This document shows positions 13,430 through 26,327 of a DNA stretch of 64,000 nt, in pieces; position 1 is the first letter of the stretch, and each line of letters begins with the position of its first letter. The stretch lies in the NCBI RefSeq assembly GCF_009914755.1, contig NC_060935.1; one strand, given 5' to 3'. Made by a program: the position numbers and the translations under genes. A model generated the notes under the pieces. It did no database searches. It was not told the DNA's origin and saw only the letters and a program-made list of their open reading frames with translations. Origin of the DNA: the human T2T-CHM13v2.0 reference genome, Homo sapiens.

Positions 13430-14129
13430 AAGAGGAAACTATTTTAGATGTTACTAAATCAGAAATAGTGACTGGGGTCCAACAAAAGTAAGAGAAGCAA
13501 AGTCTTAAGGAAAAAGCCTGGAATTACTTCTCAAAAGATGCTGGAAGCCAAGCATGACTGAAAAACAGTCTCTTAGAGCTTGCAGATTGGGTCAGCTATA
13601 CCAGGGGATTATGGAACATTTGAGAGAATATTAGGAAAAGGCATGATTTGGAAAGCTCCAACGTGGCACAGCCATCATGTGCACGTTGAGGGAACATACC
13701 CAAGAAACATGTGGAATTCATACATAAAGAGAAGGCACAGGGAAAGTAGGAATATTAAATAGATAATAATAGATAAAATCCAGGCCTGTGTTGACCTGAT
13801 GGAGACCCTATCCTGAATGGGATTATCCAACTACACGAGATTTTAAAGGTGGGAAGGTTGGTTTGTACAGTGGATGACCATGGTAGACCCAGAGTGTTTT
13901 GATTAAGAACGTGCAAGAGAAAATCTGAAGAATTTTCTGAAATCTTGTCTGTGCCAGAAATTGAAGGGAAAGTAAAACGAAAGAAGACAGGAAGAATCTA
14001 GGAATAATTTAGCACTAGCTGTGTTAGACTAGAAAGGAATGCCTTTAAGAAGCGGGTTTAACCATTGGAAACTCAATGGAGGCTTCTTGAAAGGAATAGG
14101 GGAAGAACAGATGGAAATGGAGCAGAAAG

Positions 14130-14460
14130 GCAGTGCTAGGTATTCTTCACAAATTTCTCCAGATCTTCCATCCATCTTTCCAGGCCCCGGCCTGTACCTC
14201 TGGAGGTGCAGCCTGCTCTCTCATGCAGACTGCTTTGCTCTCCAGATCTGGTTGAGTGTGGCCCAGCAGGGATCCCAGAGTGGGAGGAGGGGAGGCTGAG
14301 GTATTCATTCCCTGGCTCCCTCCCTGCCAAGCTGCAGTTTGGCAGCGACTGCATTTTTCTTCTATGTCTACAGTTCCCTCCTCTTACAGCTTCAGTGTAA
14401 GGCTAGTAATAGTTTCCGAGGTGCTACTCTTACCGGTTACCTTAACCTGCCTACAAATCC
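14130..14460 (+). mobile_element. LTR33-like ERVL LTR fragment
   Basis: GGTATTCATTCCCTGGCTCCCTCCCTGCCAAGCTGCAGTTTGGCAGCGACTGC resembles the recalled LTR33 core. Confidence 0.55.
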
Positions 14461-15637
14461 TCAAGCATAGGACTCTAAAGAAAAAGCAAGATTGAGAGGT
14501 TTTTAAATATGCAGAGAAGCAAAGAAGCAAAGCACCTCAAATAACATCTGTGGGCTGATGCTGTCATCACTGCAGATCTCTAAACCTCGCGGTAACAGAA
14601 TTATTCCTCTCGTGAATGTCTCAAATGTCACTCTTGGAGAGAATGTATACAAGGGTAGATTTCCCATTAGGTACAGTAAATCATGTCAAAATTAACCTGG
14701 CAATGGAAGCTTTCTCTCCGTTGAGTTGAAGGGCTTGAAAGGCACAGATGGGGTCCTGCTAACCTTGGCAGAGACTGTCTGGTGCCCTGATGAGGTTGAA
14801 TTGAGAGATCTTTGCCTCTTTCTCATCTTCCCTTCATAGCCCTGAGTCTGCTGTGGTCTGAGGTAACACTGACTGCTCAGATCTCGGGATGTAGGAATGA
14901 AGGAATTAGCGGCTGTAGGGTCTATATTTAACAGTATGAGACTTGTGCTGTGATAGTTTACGTGTCTTGTTAACTCTTTTGATTCCTTTGAAGTGGAACA
15001 TATGCAAAGCCTGTCATTTAACCTAACTTGGGAGGGTCTGAAAAAACTAAATTCACACAGTGGACAAGAACCCAGGCAGCAGCTACTGAAAAACTCAAAA
15101 TCTACCCAGGCATTGTATAACATTCCTACCTGAGACTGAGCAGAATTAAAATCTAGGGAGATTAATTATGGATTTTAAATTATTTGGATTTTGGATTTTA
15201 AAAGGCAAGATAATCTGATTTCAAATTTAAACTTGCAAAAAGATTCATTTTTTTAACAGTAATTTTTTTCTCTGAAAATTCATAATTTAAGATAATTTAT
15301 ATTTAACTTTGGGGGCACTTACTGTTGGTATCCTATTAATGGTGTACAGTATTTGTATGTTGTTATTTAATAGCATTACAGAATCTCTGATGAGCTGCAT
15401 TAAATTTCATGGCTGGGCAAATTTGTGATAGGAAATGGAATACAGACTGAATTTTTCAGCTGCAATTGAATTGATGAACTGCATCAAACCATTGCAGAGC
15501 TTTTAGAGGACAAAAAGCTAGAGTGGCCCCAGAAGAATCCACAAGCAAGCAAGAAGTGGCATTGGGAGATTGAACTTGTGAAGATGGGACCAATTTCTGA
15601 TCTCCTCCCACTCATTTGTTCGGACATGGGATGAATG

Positions 15638-15720
15638 CAGTGGTTCTCAACTATGGCAGCTCTTTGGAATCTTCTGGGAAGCTTTTAAAAATGCCCATAC
15701 CCAGGTCACATTTAGACTTA
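15638..15720. mobile_element. MER5A fragment
   Basis: CAGTGGTTCTCAAC...GGAATC..CTGGGAAGCTTTTAAAAATGCCCATACCCAGG. Confidence 0.65.
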
Positions 15721-18399
15721 TTAAAAAATAACTAATGAGTATTAGATTGTAAGGAATATTTCCCCATCTTCCTGTTTCCAAGTGAGACAACCATTTCTTT
15801 TGCCCCAATTATGGCAATCCTTCTCAGAGGGAGCATGGAAAAAACTACGTTTATCCTGAGCAAGATTAAGACAATAATAATAATCACTCACTGTATACCT
15901 GATATGTGCCAGAAATGTAAGATATTATTGTTGTCATTTTACAGATGGAAAAACAGGGGTAGTAAGTTACCACACTGCAGAACACTTCTAAATGCCAAGC
16001 ACTCTGCTAAGATATAGAAAGCAGATATATGCATGTACATAGACTTGTAGAGTATATGTGTATCCATATATAATTTCACCATAATCCTAGGAAGTTCCAC
16101 TGACATATTTTGTTGTATGGATCTATTTAGTACTTGAATTTGGATAAAAGTAATTTACATTATTTTATAATAATGAGAGATATTTACAACTTACGTGGAG
16201 AAATTGAGGCAGATTGTACATTGCTATTAATAGTGCCAGTGAGTAGGGGAGGAATATGCCACCCCCCCCCCCCGCCCCCCGTCCTCTTGTTTCCAGGTGG
16301 GATGACTTTGTAGATTAACAATCCTGGCTATTTTCTCATCTTGCTTAATGTCTCCAATGGTAGTAGAACAAAATTATGACTGAGGAGCTTGGGAAAAGTA
16401 ACTAGTCATACATTTTTGCCTCTTCTTTCTCTCTTTGAATCCTTCTTCTGAAAGAAGTGTTTATTCTTTTCTGGCTATGAGGTTAATTTAGTATTAAGAG
16501 CATTTTGCTTTTGGGTGAGGCTTATACTATCCAGCTCTGCCAGTGTCTGGGTACATAGGATTAATTCAGGGCTGATATATTAGAAAGGCCACTTGGCCCA
16601 GAATTTAGTTATGTTGTCCAAACAGCATTATCAGTTAACAGGGAAAAAAAAGTCGATATTTTTAAAAAAGTGAATTTTTTTTTACCTTTGTTTTCCTGCC
16701 TTCTGTGTTTTTTTTCTCAATTTGTTTTAACCTTAAGAGAAGAACAGAATAAACCAGGGCCTGGGTGAACTGATACATGTGGGTGCCACAGGTGGGCTTA
16801 TAATTGAGTGATCCTTTAAATCAATATGTTAAAAATACTAGTTTAACATTTAAATAAGGAAATAGAACAAATATATATATTTTTATATTTTTTGCTAATG
16901 AAATTTCTATGCCTCTTCCTTTATGTCCAAAATTATTTGTGCTGTGATAATTATAGGTGTCCCATTAACTCTTTTTATGCTTAAAATGTGGGGCATATGC
17001 ACAGCTTGTCATATGTATTGCACCAAATGTAACCTAACATTTTAACTTATTTATTTTATCTTTCATTTCTCAGTTTTTATATCACTCATGATTGGATGGC
17101 TTTAGTCACTCAGACTCACTAAAGATAGAAGTAATTTGCATAGAAATACTTGCTAAGTCTTATTCAAAATATTTTGAAAGTTTTGAAAGTGGTTTTTTTT
17201 TTTTTCCTGCCTATGTGTGTAGGCAAGCTATTTCTCATTTCTATTAGAAATGATAGAAATGGTGAACACAGAGAGGTCAGCACCGGCGAGGGATACCTTT
17301 TAAAATTTTCACTTGAGGGTACTGCTCACCTCTATGTGAGGTGAACCAATATTCATTTTGCCCATATGTAGTTGTGTGTGGAAACTGATACCACAATTCC
17401 TGCACATATTCCCTGACCTGTCTCTTACACACTGATCACACTGGACACCTACATTCTGGCTCCTCCCTTAATCAGGGGCTGAGTGTGATGCAAGAAGAGA
17501 GAGTGCTAGCCAAAATGTCAGAGAGCCCAGGCTTAAAGTTAGTGGTGCTTTGATTAATCCGTAGAGTAGCTAGTTTTGATGGTGGTGACTGGGATCAGAA
17601 GTGGTGGGTTAGAGCTTGTATGCATGTCTATTTTAACTAAAGATCCCAAGGGCTTACCAAGTAGATAAACATGGGGTGAGTATTTACGTAAATGTGACAA
17701 TTTTTGACTTCACAAATAGTGGCAATAATATATTATGTATTAGGATTATATATTAATATACATTTATATATATGCATCTAGGATTCCCAGTGCAGGAGTG
17801 AGGTAAAGTAAAATATTTCCGTCACTGAGGTTCAGTGTACTTAAAAAGCTTTAATAAAGTAATTAAACACTATTTATGTGTATGTCCCATTGATATCATT
17901 ATATCAATTGTATTATAAATTTACTATGGAAATTTTACATTAATATGTAACTGGCTTATTGATAACAATAAAGTTCCCCTTTTATGTCTAATTTCTTCAG
18001 ACAAAATCAGAAATTAATATATGTAAGGATGATTGTTAAGTGAAGGAACACTGGATTATTTGGCTCACTTGGGACCTGACTGAGTTAATCACCCTAGGAT
18101 CTCTTAGTCTTCATATTGCAATCTACTGCTGCTTCTTTAGCCCACCTCTAGTCAGGTGCAAAAAGTAACCTCAAAGCACTTTAGAAGTTGGGTTTGCTGG
18201 TGTTGTAGGTCAAGTCTCTGTCTGATCTATAATTAGGAGGCCCCTTCTCAATCTAGATCTTTCTTTCTTATGAAGTTTGTATTACTCTTTTCATTGATGG
18301 TACTTTGTGCAACTTACCTCCTTCCTCAATCTTGGGAGACCCACAAGGGCCTAAAATTATTACTTTATTTCTAATGATTTTATCAATTAGGATCTTCAC

Positions 18400-18494
18400 T
18401 CAGTATAATAAAGGATCATGCCTATTTCATTTCTGCATCCCCAGCATAATTTCTAGCACATACTATATATTCAATCAATACTTGTTGAATTAAG
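18400..18494 (+). mobile_element. L2 3' terminus
   Basis: TGCATCCCCAGCA...TAGCACATA...TCAATCAATACTTGTTGAAT. Confidence 0.6.
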
Positions 18495-19012
18495 GAACAC
18501 ATTTCTGGAACTTTTACCCACTAACATGCTTCACTGAAACACATTAAGAAGCCTGGAAGATATAGTTTATTGAAATCTTAGCAGCAGGTATCTTATTTTA
18601 AAATGCCAAATGACCTGTGAATCAAATCAACAGGATTTTGATATTCTTTAGAAGGTTTCCAAATTTGATGAAAATCTATCATATTTTTGAGTGTGGCTTT
18701 TGTTTAGACAGATAATGCAAAACAAAAAGTAATTAAATTGGCTAAAGATTTCATTTTGTTCAGCAAATCAGCTTTTTAGTCATTAAGAGTTGACAATATT
18801 GTGATGGTACATTTGGATAAATGAAAATACATGTGGCAGATCTTGCCTGGTTTACATGTTAAAAATCTGACAAGTTTAATAAAGAATAATTAAATATAAA
18901 TTTTAGGAAAAGAAACAAGAAGCATGAATACTTACATTTGTTACGATTAGGATTTTTCCCCCATTCTGTTCTTCAGACTAAGTTAATTTCTAGGGCTATG
19001 TCTACAAGTTGA

Positions 19013-19406
<394 letters not shown>

Positions 19407-19904
19407 TAGAATATTTATAATTTAGAATATAATTAGAATATTTTATTTCAGATATAATTTATAATTCAGAATATGTATATTTTAGAATATAATTCAGAAT
19501 ATTTCACTTCTGATGTTAAAATTTAGAATATGTTTTATTCATTTTAATAGTTTTCATTTTTTTAAGATTCTCAATCTATTTACTCATTATGACTATATTT
19601 TTAGTGCCCTTGAACGTATTTATAATAGCTGTTTTAAATTCATTGTCTGAAAATTCCAACACTTAGGTTTTCTAAGGGTCTGTATTCATTAGTAGTGTTT
19701 TCTCCCCTTGATTAGGGTCCATTTTCCTGCTTTCTATGTCTAAAATTGTTTTATTGTATTCTAAAGACAACATAATCCAGGCTCTTACAATGATACTTAG
19801 AAAGACAACCTATGTTATCTTTCTTTAAAAGGTGCTGAGATAGATAATTTTTGTCTGGCTCTTCTTGATCTTCTCTAAGGCTTGGTTTTCAGTTTTCTTA
19901 CAGT

Positions 19905-20103
19905 AGGGCCATTCAATAAACCTTTCTTAAAATGATAAACGTGTTCTCTGTCTCTGCTTTGTAATATGGTTACCATCAGTCACATTTAGATACTAAACAT
20001 TTGAAACATGGCTAATGAGACTGAGGAAATGAATTTTAAATTTAAGTTAAATTTGAATTGAAAATACCGTATATGTTTACTGCTACTTTATTGGCCAGTA
20101 TTG
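19905..20103 (+). mobile_element. MER3 (hAT-Charlie MITE), degenerate
   Basis: CATTTGAAACATGGCTAATGAGACTGAGGAAATGAATTTTAAATTT...GCTACTTTATTGGCCAG. Confidence 0.7.
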
Positions 20104-20509
20104 TCTGGATTAACCTTTACTGTAAGGCATGGTATTTACTCCTATACTTTTCTGGAGTCATAGTGAATGTCTGGGGTGTTGACAAGTCTCTCGGTTCTGA
20201 TTGGGCCAGAACTCCAGTATCCCCCAGAATTATATCACCTCTAGTACCTTTGCTCCATGTTTAAGTCTGTAACCACCACCCTGCTAGGCTTTGTGGAACT
20301 TCGCCCTGCATGTTTGCAGCACAGCCCTTGGCTAAGGATCTGTGGATGATCTCCATGCAAAATTATTCTTCCGATTTATTTTAGTTAGGATTTAGAATTT
20401 TTAGTATATTTTGGTTTTGACTATTTCATTGTCCTTTTAAGGCCCCTAAAGATGACCATGAAATTGTGATCTTTAGGAATTAAGGCAGATCGTGATGGTG
20501 GCTTTTTGA

Positions 20510-20710
20510 CTCCCTCTTCTCTGTTCCCAAAGTGCTTCCTTCACCCCCTTATAGAATCTCTTACCACATTCCTCTAGGGAGTTATATATGTATCTGTCTC
20601 CCAACCTAGTCTGTGAGCTATTTAAGGTTGAGGACTGTGTCTTTTTCACTTTTGTGTCTTCAGCATCTAGAACCTGATGGGTGCATAGTGATCTATTTGT
20701 CAAATTATAG
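20510..20710 (+). mobile_element. L2 3' fragment
   Basis: TCTGTCTCCC..CTAGTCTGTGAGCTATTTAAGG..GAGGACTGTGTCTT. Confidence 0.7.
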
Positions 20711-20961
20711 AAGAATTAGCAGAAGGCAGGAGAAACTGAACTTTTAATGGGCCACACAAACCAGCATGGCAAAAGCAAATAAGTTGTCAAGTGAGCTGCC
20801 CACGGGAAAGAGGCAGTCAGGCGGACACCAGGAGTTGTCTAGGAAGTTCTGCCCCATCACTGCGTACTCAAAGTCTTTGTAAAGAATTTGGGAATTGAAA
20901 ACGACTCTGTGATTCCCAACATCAACCCCTATTCCACTGGGGATGTGCAGACGACTTTCAT

Positions 20962-21232
20962 TATTTTTTTATTTTTTATTTTTTTTTGAGACAGTGTCTT
21001 GCTCTGTCACCCAGGCTTGAGTGCAGTGATGTAATCACAGATCACTACAGCCTCAAATCCCTGGGCTCAAGGGAGCCTTCTGCCCCAGCTTCCCAAGTAG
21101 CTGGGACTATCAGTGCATACCACCATGCACGGCTAATTTTTAAAAAAATATTTGTTAGAGTTTTGCTATGTTGCTTAGGCTGGTCTTGAACTCCTGGCCT
21201 CAAATAATCCTCTTGCTTCAGCCTCTTGAGTA
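20962..21232 (-). mobile_element. AluJ, slightly 5'-truncated
   Basis: ATCACAGATCACTACAGCCTCAAA.CCCTGGGCTCAAG and CTCCTGGCCTCAA are J-type diagnostics. Confidence 0.9.
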
Positions 21233-21294
21233 TGCAGACCTTTGGCAGCAAAGTGGGAAAGGCACACTTGCAAATATGTCTTAATGCCCATGGT

Positions 21295-21555
21295 AATGAT
21301 AACAGCTGGCATACTTTGAGTAATTGCCACGTGTCAGGCATTCTATAAGTAGTTTACATATATTAGCCCCTGAAAAAACTCCCTGAGGTAGGTGTTGTTA
21401 TGTATCTCTGCATAACAGATGAGGTGATGAAAGTGTAGACAGGATAAAAGCTTGAGAAGCTTACAAAAGCTAACAGTTGTCAGAAAAGGGATGCAAATGC
21501 AGGCAGTGTGGTTCCAGAGCTCATGATCTTAGTGTCTACATGGTATTGCCTCTCA
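21295..21555 (-). mobile_element. MIR, near full length
   Basis: TGTCAGGCATTCTATAAG...CCCTGAGGTAGG...ACAGATGAGG...CAGGCAGTGTGGTTCCAGAGC. Confidence 0.75.
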
Positions 21556-21870
21556 TTATTTCTTTTTAGATTGTTAGTTTGATTTGAAGAAGAACAATGA
21601 GTACCTATAGCACTGTTTATCAGCATTTCCAGAATCACTATTTTCAGAAAATACATCTACTGTATGTAAAGCTCTGTTAGATATCAGGGATAAAAAGATG
21701 TACAATATAGAGTCCTAGTCTAAGAAATATGAAGTCTTGATGGACGAATAAAACATAGAGCTAAAAATTGAACAATGACATAAAACAAAATGTGAAAGGC
21801 AATGAAAGATTATACAGCTAGTGTCAAAATTTATTATTCCATAGGATGCTTTGGTAAAATGATCACATGA

Positions 21871-22004
21871 TGCATAGATGGAGGGATGGATGTATAGATG
21901 GATGAATGGATGGTTAAAGGCTTGGAAACTGAAGTATGTAGAGATTAACTGACTTACTCAAGCCCTTAACCATCCATCCATCCATCCATCCATCCATCCA
22001 TGTA
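21871..22004. repeat. Inverted repeat: degenerate (GGAT)n arm and (CCAT)n arm around a 34-nt spacer
   Basis: GATGGATGAATGGATGGTTAAAGGCTTG (ends 21924) pairs with CAAGCCCTTAACCATCCATCCATCCATC (starts 21959). Confidence 0.9.
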
Positions 22005-22285
22005 GGTTCCATATAATTTTTGGCTATGTACTCTTTAATTGTCTTTTGATGTAACAACAATTTTATAATTTATCTATAGGGAATAGAATTGTAATTACTT
22101 TTCCCAGTTAACCAAATCCCACTAAGCACGAACTAAATGTATCACAGCTCAACTTCGCCTTGGCTAAATCCCCAGAATGACTTACTTTGACTCCAACACT
22201 TGAGTGGAGGTTAGACTGGAAAGAGATAGTGATCTTAACTGATTGATGTTAAATCATTTTAATTATGCAATATTGTAGAAACATA

Positions 22286-22647
22286 TGTTATGGACTGAAT
22301 TATGTCACCCCAAAATTCATGTGTTGAAGCCCTAATCCCTAATTAGGGAACTATTTTTGGAGATACGGCCTTCAAAGGTGTGATTAAGTTAAACTGAGGC
22401 TGGTAGGGTGGGACCCTGAAGAGGGAGAGATATCAAGGATATTCATGCACAGAGAAAAGGCCACCTGAGAACATAGTGAGAAGGTGGCCACCTTCAAGCC
22501 ACGGAGACAGACCTCAGGAGCAACAAACCTGCCAACAACACAATCTCGAAATTCTAGCCACTAGAACTGTGAGAAAATAAATTTCTATTGTTTTTAGGGC
22601 GCCCTGTCTCTGGTATTTTGTTATGGGAGTCCTAGCAAACCAGTACA
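22286..22647 (+). mobile_element. MLT1A/A0 solo LTR
   Basis: TGTTATGGACTGAAT...CTAGCAAACCAGTACA; near-TSD ACATA/ACATT. Confidence 0.85.
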
Positions 22648-22659
22648 ACATTTGAACAC

Positions 22660-22753
22660 AGTGTTAGAGCCCTTCCAGGGTCTTAGAAGGGACACATGCA
22701 AGCGAAGGGCTCTCAATCTTCATTTTCATTAGCTTTATGATAAATCCGCCCCT
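22660..22753 (-). mobile_element. hAT-Tip100-like (ORSL-like) terminal fragment
   Basis: TTCATTAGCTTTATGATAAATCCGCCCCT resembles the recalled terminus CAGGGGCGGATTTACCGTGAAGCTAATGAAG. Confidence 0.4.
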
Positions 22754-22799
22754 TTATGTGGCTCCTAAGGTAGTGCCTGGGACTGTAAAAAGTCTGGAC

Positions 22800-22858
22800 A
22801 AGGAAGGAAAGAAGGGAGGGAAGGAGGGAGGAAAGGAGGAAGGAAGGAAGAAAGAAGC
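22800..22858. repeat. Degenerate (GGAA/GGGA)n purine repeat
   Basis: AAGGAAGGAAAGAAGGGAGGGAAGGAGGGAGG... Confidence 0.85.
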
Positions 22859-23176
22859 AATGAGCTCAGTGTCACAACAAGCCTTTGAAAGCATCTTTTC
22901 GTGATTACATGTGGGCATGGTAATGTCAGGGCAGCTTTTCCAACCGCATCTGGTAGAGAAGAGGAAGCAGAGACATTCAGAGAAGGGAAACAGCGTGAGA
23001 TGAAGCCTGAGTGCTGGGCAGGCTTGAAGAGACATGAATTTGCAGCAGAGGTCAGATTACACAGGAATTTGTAATCTCAGTGTGGTGCTCTTTCCACCAC
23101 CTCACAGCAGCTGCTTACTTGTGAAACAGGTATTTGTGCAGCTCTTTAACGCTTAGGAACTTCTATTAGAAGACAC

Positions 23177-23278
23177 TGTGGTAGCAGATTGTATTTTCCA
23201 AAGTGGTCACTGTAGGATCTCTCATCATGCATGCCCTTCTTATAATATTTTGTTGACACTGCCCGTTGAGGGCTGGGG
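23177..23278 (+). mobile_element. MLT1F/G/H-type LTR 5' fragment
   Basis: TGTGGTAGCAGATTGTATTTTCCAAAGTGGTCAC...TTGACACTGCCCGTTGAG. Confidence 0.55.
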
Positions 23279-23609
23279 TACAAGGGTGAGGTGGTGGTTG
23301 GCTCCCAAAATGTTTGTATACAATGATGCTGAACATAGCAAAAAAATCTCCTTTATAGATAGAATTTTTTTTTTTATTTCTGTTTTAGGCATTTGTTTTT
23401 ATGACATCTTTACCTTAGCACATGTATAGTCATGGATGCAGGCAAGGCCAGCTTTGCTTTTACTTTTTAAAAAATATTTATTGGTGAGAGTTAGGAAAAC
23501 AAACTAGAGTAAAAATGTAGAATGTGACAGGAGGGTTTTTTCTGGTAGGATGATTCAAATGGCCTTTTTGAAGAGGAGACATCTGAGTAGAGAATTGAGT
23601 AAGAGAGGG

Positions 23610-24010
23610 TGCTGTGGTTTGAGTGTTTGTGTCCCTTCAACATTCATGTTGAAAACTTAATCGTCAGTGCAACAGTATTAAGACGTGGGGCCTTCAGGAA
23701 GTTATTAGGCCGTGAGGGTTCTGCCTTAATGGATGGGATTAATACCTTATAAAAACAGCCTCAGGGAACTGGCTAGGTCTTTTTGCCCTTCTGTTCCTTT
23801 TGTCACGTGAGGATACAGTGTCTGTCCCCTCTGGAGGAAGCAGTGCTCAAGGTGCCATCTTGGAAGCAGAGACCAGGCAGTCACTAGACATTAAACCTCC
23901 CAGTACCTTGATCTTGGACTTCCCAGACTCCAGACTGTGAGCAATAAATTTATGCTGTATACAAAGGCCAGGTCTGAGATATTTTGTTATAGCTGCACAA
24001 ACAGACTATA
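23610..24010 (+). mobile_element. MSTC/MSTD solo LTR inserted into an L2 fragment
   Basis: TGCTGTGGTTTGAGTGTTTGTGTCCC...CAAGGTGCCATCTTGGAAGCAGAG...TTGTTATAGCTGCACAAACAGACTA; L2-like flanks at ~23520-23609 and ~24011-24080. Confidence 0.8.
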
Positions 24011-24569
24011 GGAAAACATGAAATACTTAGGGGAATAGAATTCCAGGCAAAGAGAACAGGTACAAGGACCTGAAAAGGATTGCATGCATTTTTGCCTTCT
24101 GCAGGGAACTGCTATATTAAATGTTTTGGAGGAAAGATGCTCCCAGGATTGAATCTGGGTCCAGCTGCTCTATTGTTGTTGCTATTTGCCAGCTGAGCCC
24201 TCTTTGGATTCCTAGAGTAAGGTACATGGCTGACTATCCTGGGGCAGAGATGAACAAATGCATCCTGGAGCCTAAGCATTTTCATCATTTGGCTCACACA
24301 CATATTAGACCATTGCAAGAAGGACTTACTTCTCTTCTGGAGAGTCTTTTGCAACATGGTGGGCTGTTTTTGTCTCTAAATAAACCACTGAGTTTTCCAT
24401 CTTTACTGAAGCCTCAGTCCTAGGAGTCTCTAGAATCTTACTTTCTAGCAATTACCTTTTACTTGAAAATATAGGGCTTTACTTTTATGGATTACTGCTC
24501 CTAGCAGCAGACAGTCTCTTTGTGTTTAATTACCTGTTCACTGAATTTATTTGCTAAGATGTCAAGTGG

Positions 24570-24695
24570 GAGACAGTTTCAGCATTCTGGAAAGAGTATG
24601 GGTTCTCTGAGGTCAAAGTCATCCACCACTTAATAGCTATATGGCCTCAGGCAAATGATGTCTCTGGGTCTCAGCTTATCCATCTGTGAATGGTT
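24570..24695 (+). mobile_element. MIR fragment
   Basis: CCACCACTTAATAGCTATATGGCCTCAGGCAA...TCTCAGCTTATCCATCTGTGAATGG. Confidence 0.65.
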
Positions 24696-26327
24696 ACAGG
24701 TCCTTCTTGATGATGGTAAATACTTCTTACTTCCATGTGGCAAATCCTAAATAGCTCTTAATCTTTAACAATCCTTCACATGTAACAATTAGGTGTTAAA
24801 TTACAGTAATTTACGTGGCAGATAGGGTAAGAGACATTCAAGTTCACGGTGAGCTTGCTCTTTAGATAGCTGGCTTATCTTGCTCTGTTGGCACACACAC
24901 TAATTTTAATGATCGTTCACTCAGTTTTCCTGTTGGCAGTTAAACACTAGTTGCTGGCTCTTGAGAGGATCCTCAATCCTATTATGGGGTACAGAGGTTG
25001 GGTGAAGAAACAGTGTTCAAGTACTCTAACAAATGGCTCTCAAACACTGACCACTAAGAGATATGATTGGATCAGAGGCACTTGGAAACTTAGAAACTTG
25101 GCGTGGAGGGCATTGTCAGATTTTCTAAAGTATGGGGTCCAGGGTTTATGGGTGAGGGTCTCAATAATCATGAACAGTTACTGGAAAAGTGTTACTAGGG
25201 GATGTAATAAATAAATATATAATAAATAAATAATAACCATGACCCACAGAACATGGGTGTTCTGTAGGGTGAACATGAAACAATTTTTCACATCCAATAT
25301 TTCAATTATTCTTCCTAAAAATTTTGTGTGGAAGGGAGAACAAATATTATTCTTTTCACTCTTTCATTCAGCTGCCGTTTATCAAACACCTATTGTGTCT
25401 TAGCAGGAATAGCCTCTTTCTCACATATACATGATCTCATTGAATCCTCAAGACAACCTTGGAGAGAGTTCTCAGGATTTCCATTTCGCGCCTGAGATAC
25501 TCTCAGGAAGCTAAAGTGTCCCCAGATTAGGAAGTATCAAAGCAGGGATGATATTCAGCAAGTACACACCAATGTGGCTATACTTTAATTTCAATTTTTG
25601 TGGGTACATATTAGGTGTATATATTTATGGGGTACCTGAGAAGTATTGATACAGGCATACAATGCATAATAATCACATCAGGTAAAATGGGGCATTCATC
25701 CCCTCAAGGATTTATCCTTTGTGTTACTTACAAACAATCCAATTATACTCCTTTAGCTATTTGAAAATTTGCAATTAAATTATTACTGACTATAGTCACC
25801 CTATTGTGGTAGCAAATGCTAGGCTTTATTTATTCTTTCTAACTATTTTTTAATACCCATTAACAATCCCCACTTCCCCCACCCTACACTACCCTTCCCA
25901 TCCTCTGGTAACCATCCTTCTACTCTATTTCCATAATTCAATTATTTTGATTTTTAGATCCCACAGATAAGTGAGATCATGCAATGTTTCTCTTTCTGTG
26001 CCTGGCTTATTTCACTTAACATAACGACCTCCAGTTCCAACCATGTTGTTGCAGATGACAGGATCTCACTTTTTTATGGCTGAGTAGTACTCTATTGTGT
26101 ATATGTACCACAGTTTCTTTATCCATTCATCTGTCAATGAACACTTAGGTTGCTTCCAAATCTTGGCTATTGTTAATAGTGCTGCAACAAAACATGGCAG
26201 TGCAGATATCTTTTCAATATGCTGATTTCCTTTCTTTTGGGTATATACTTGCAGTGGGGTTGCCGAATCATATGGTAACTCTGTTCTTAGTTTTTTGAGG
26301 AACTTCCATACTGTTCTCCATAGTAGC

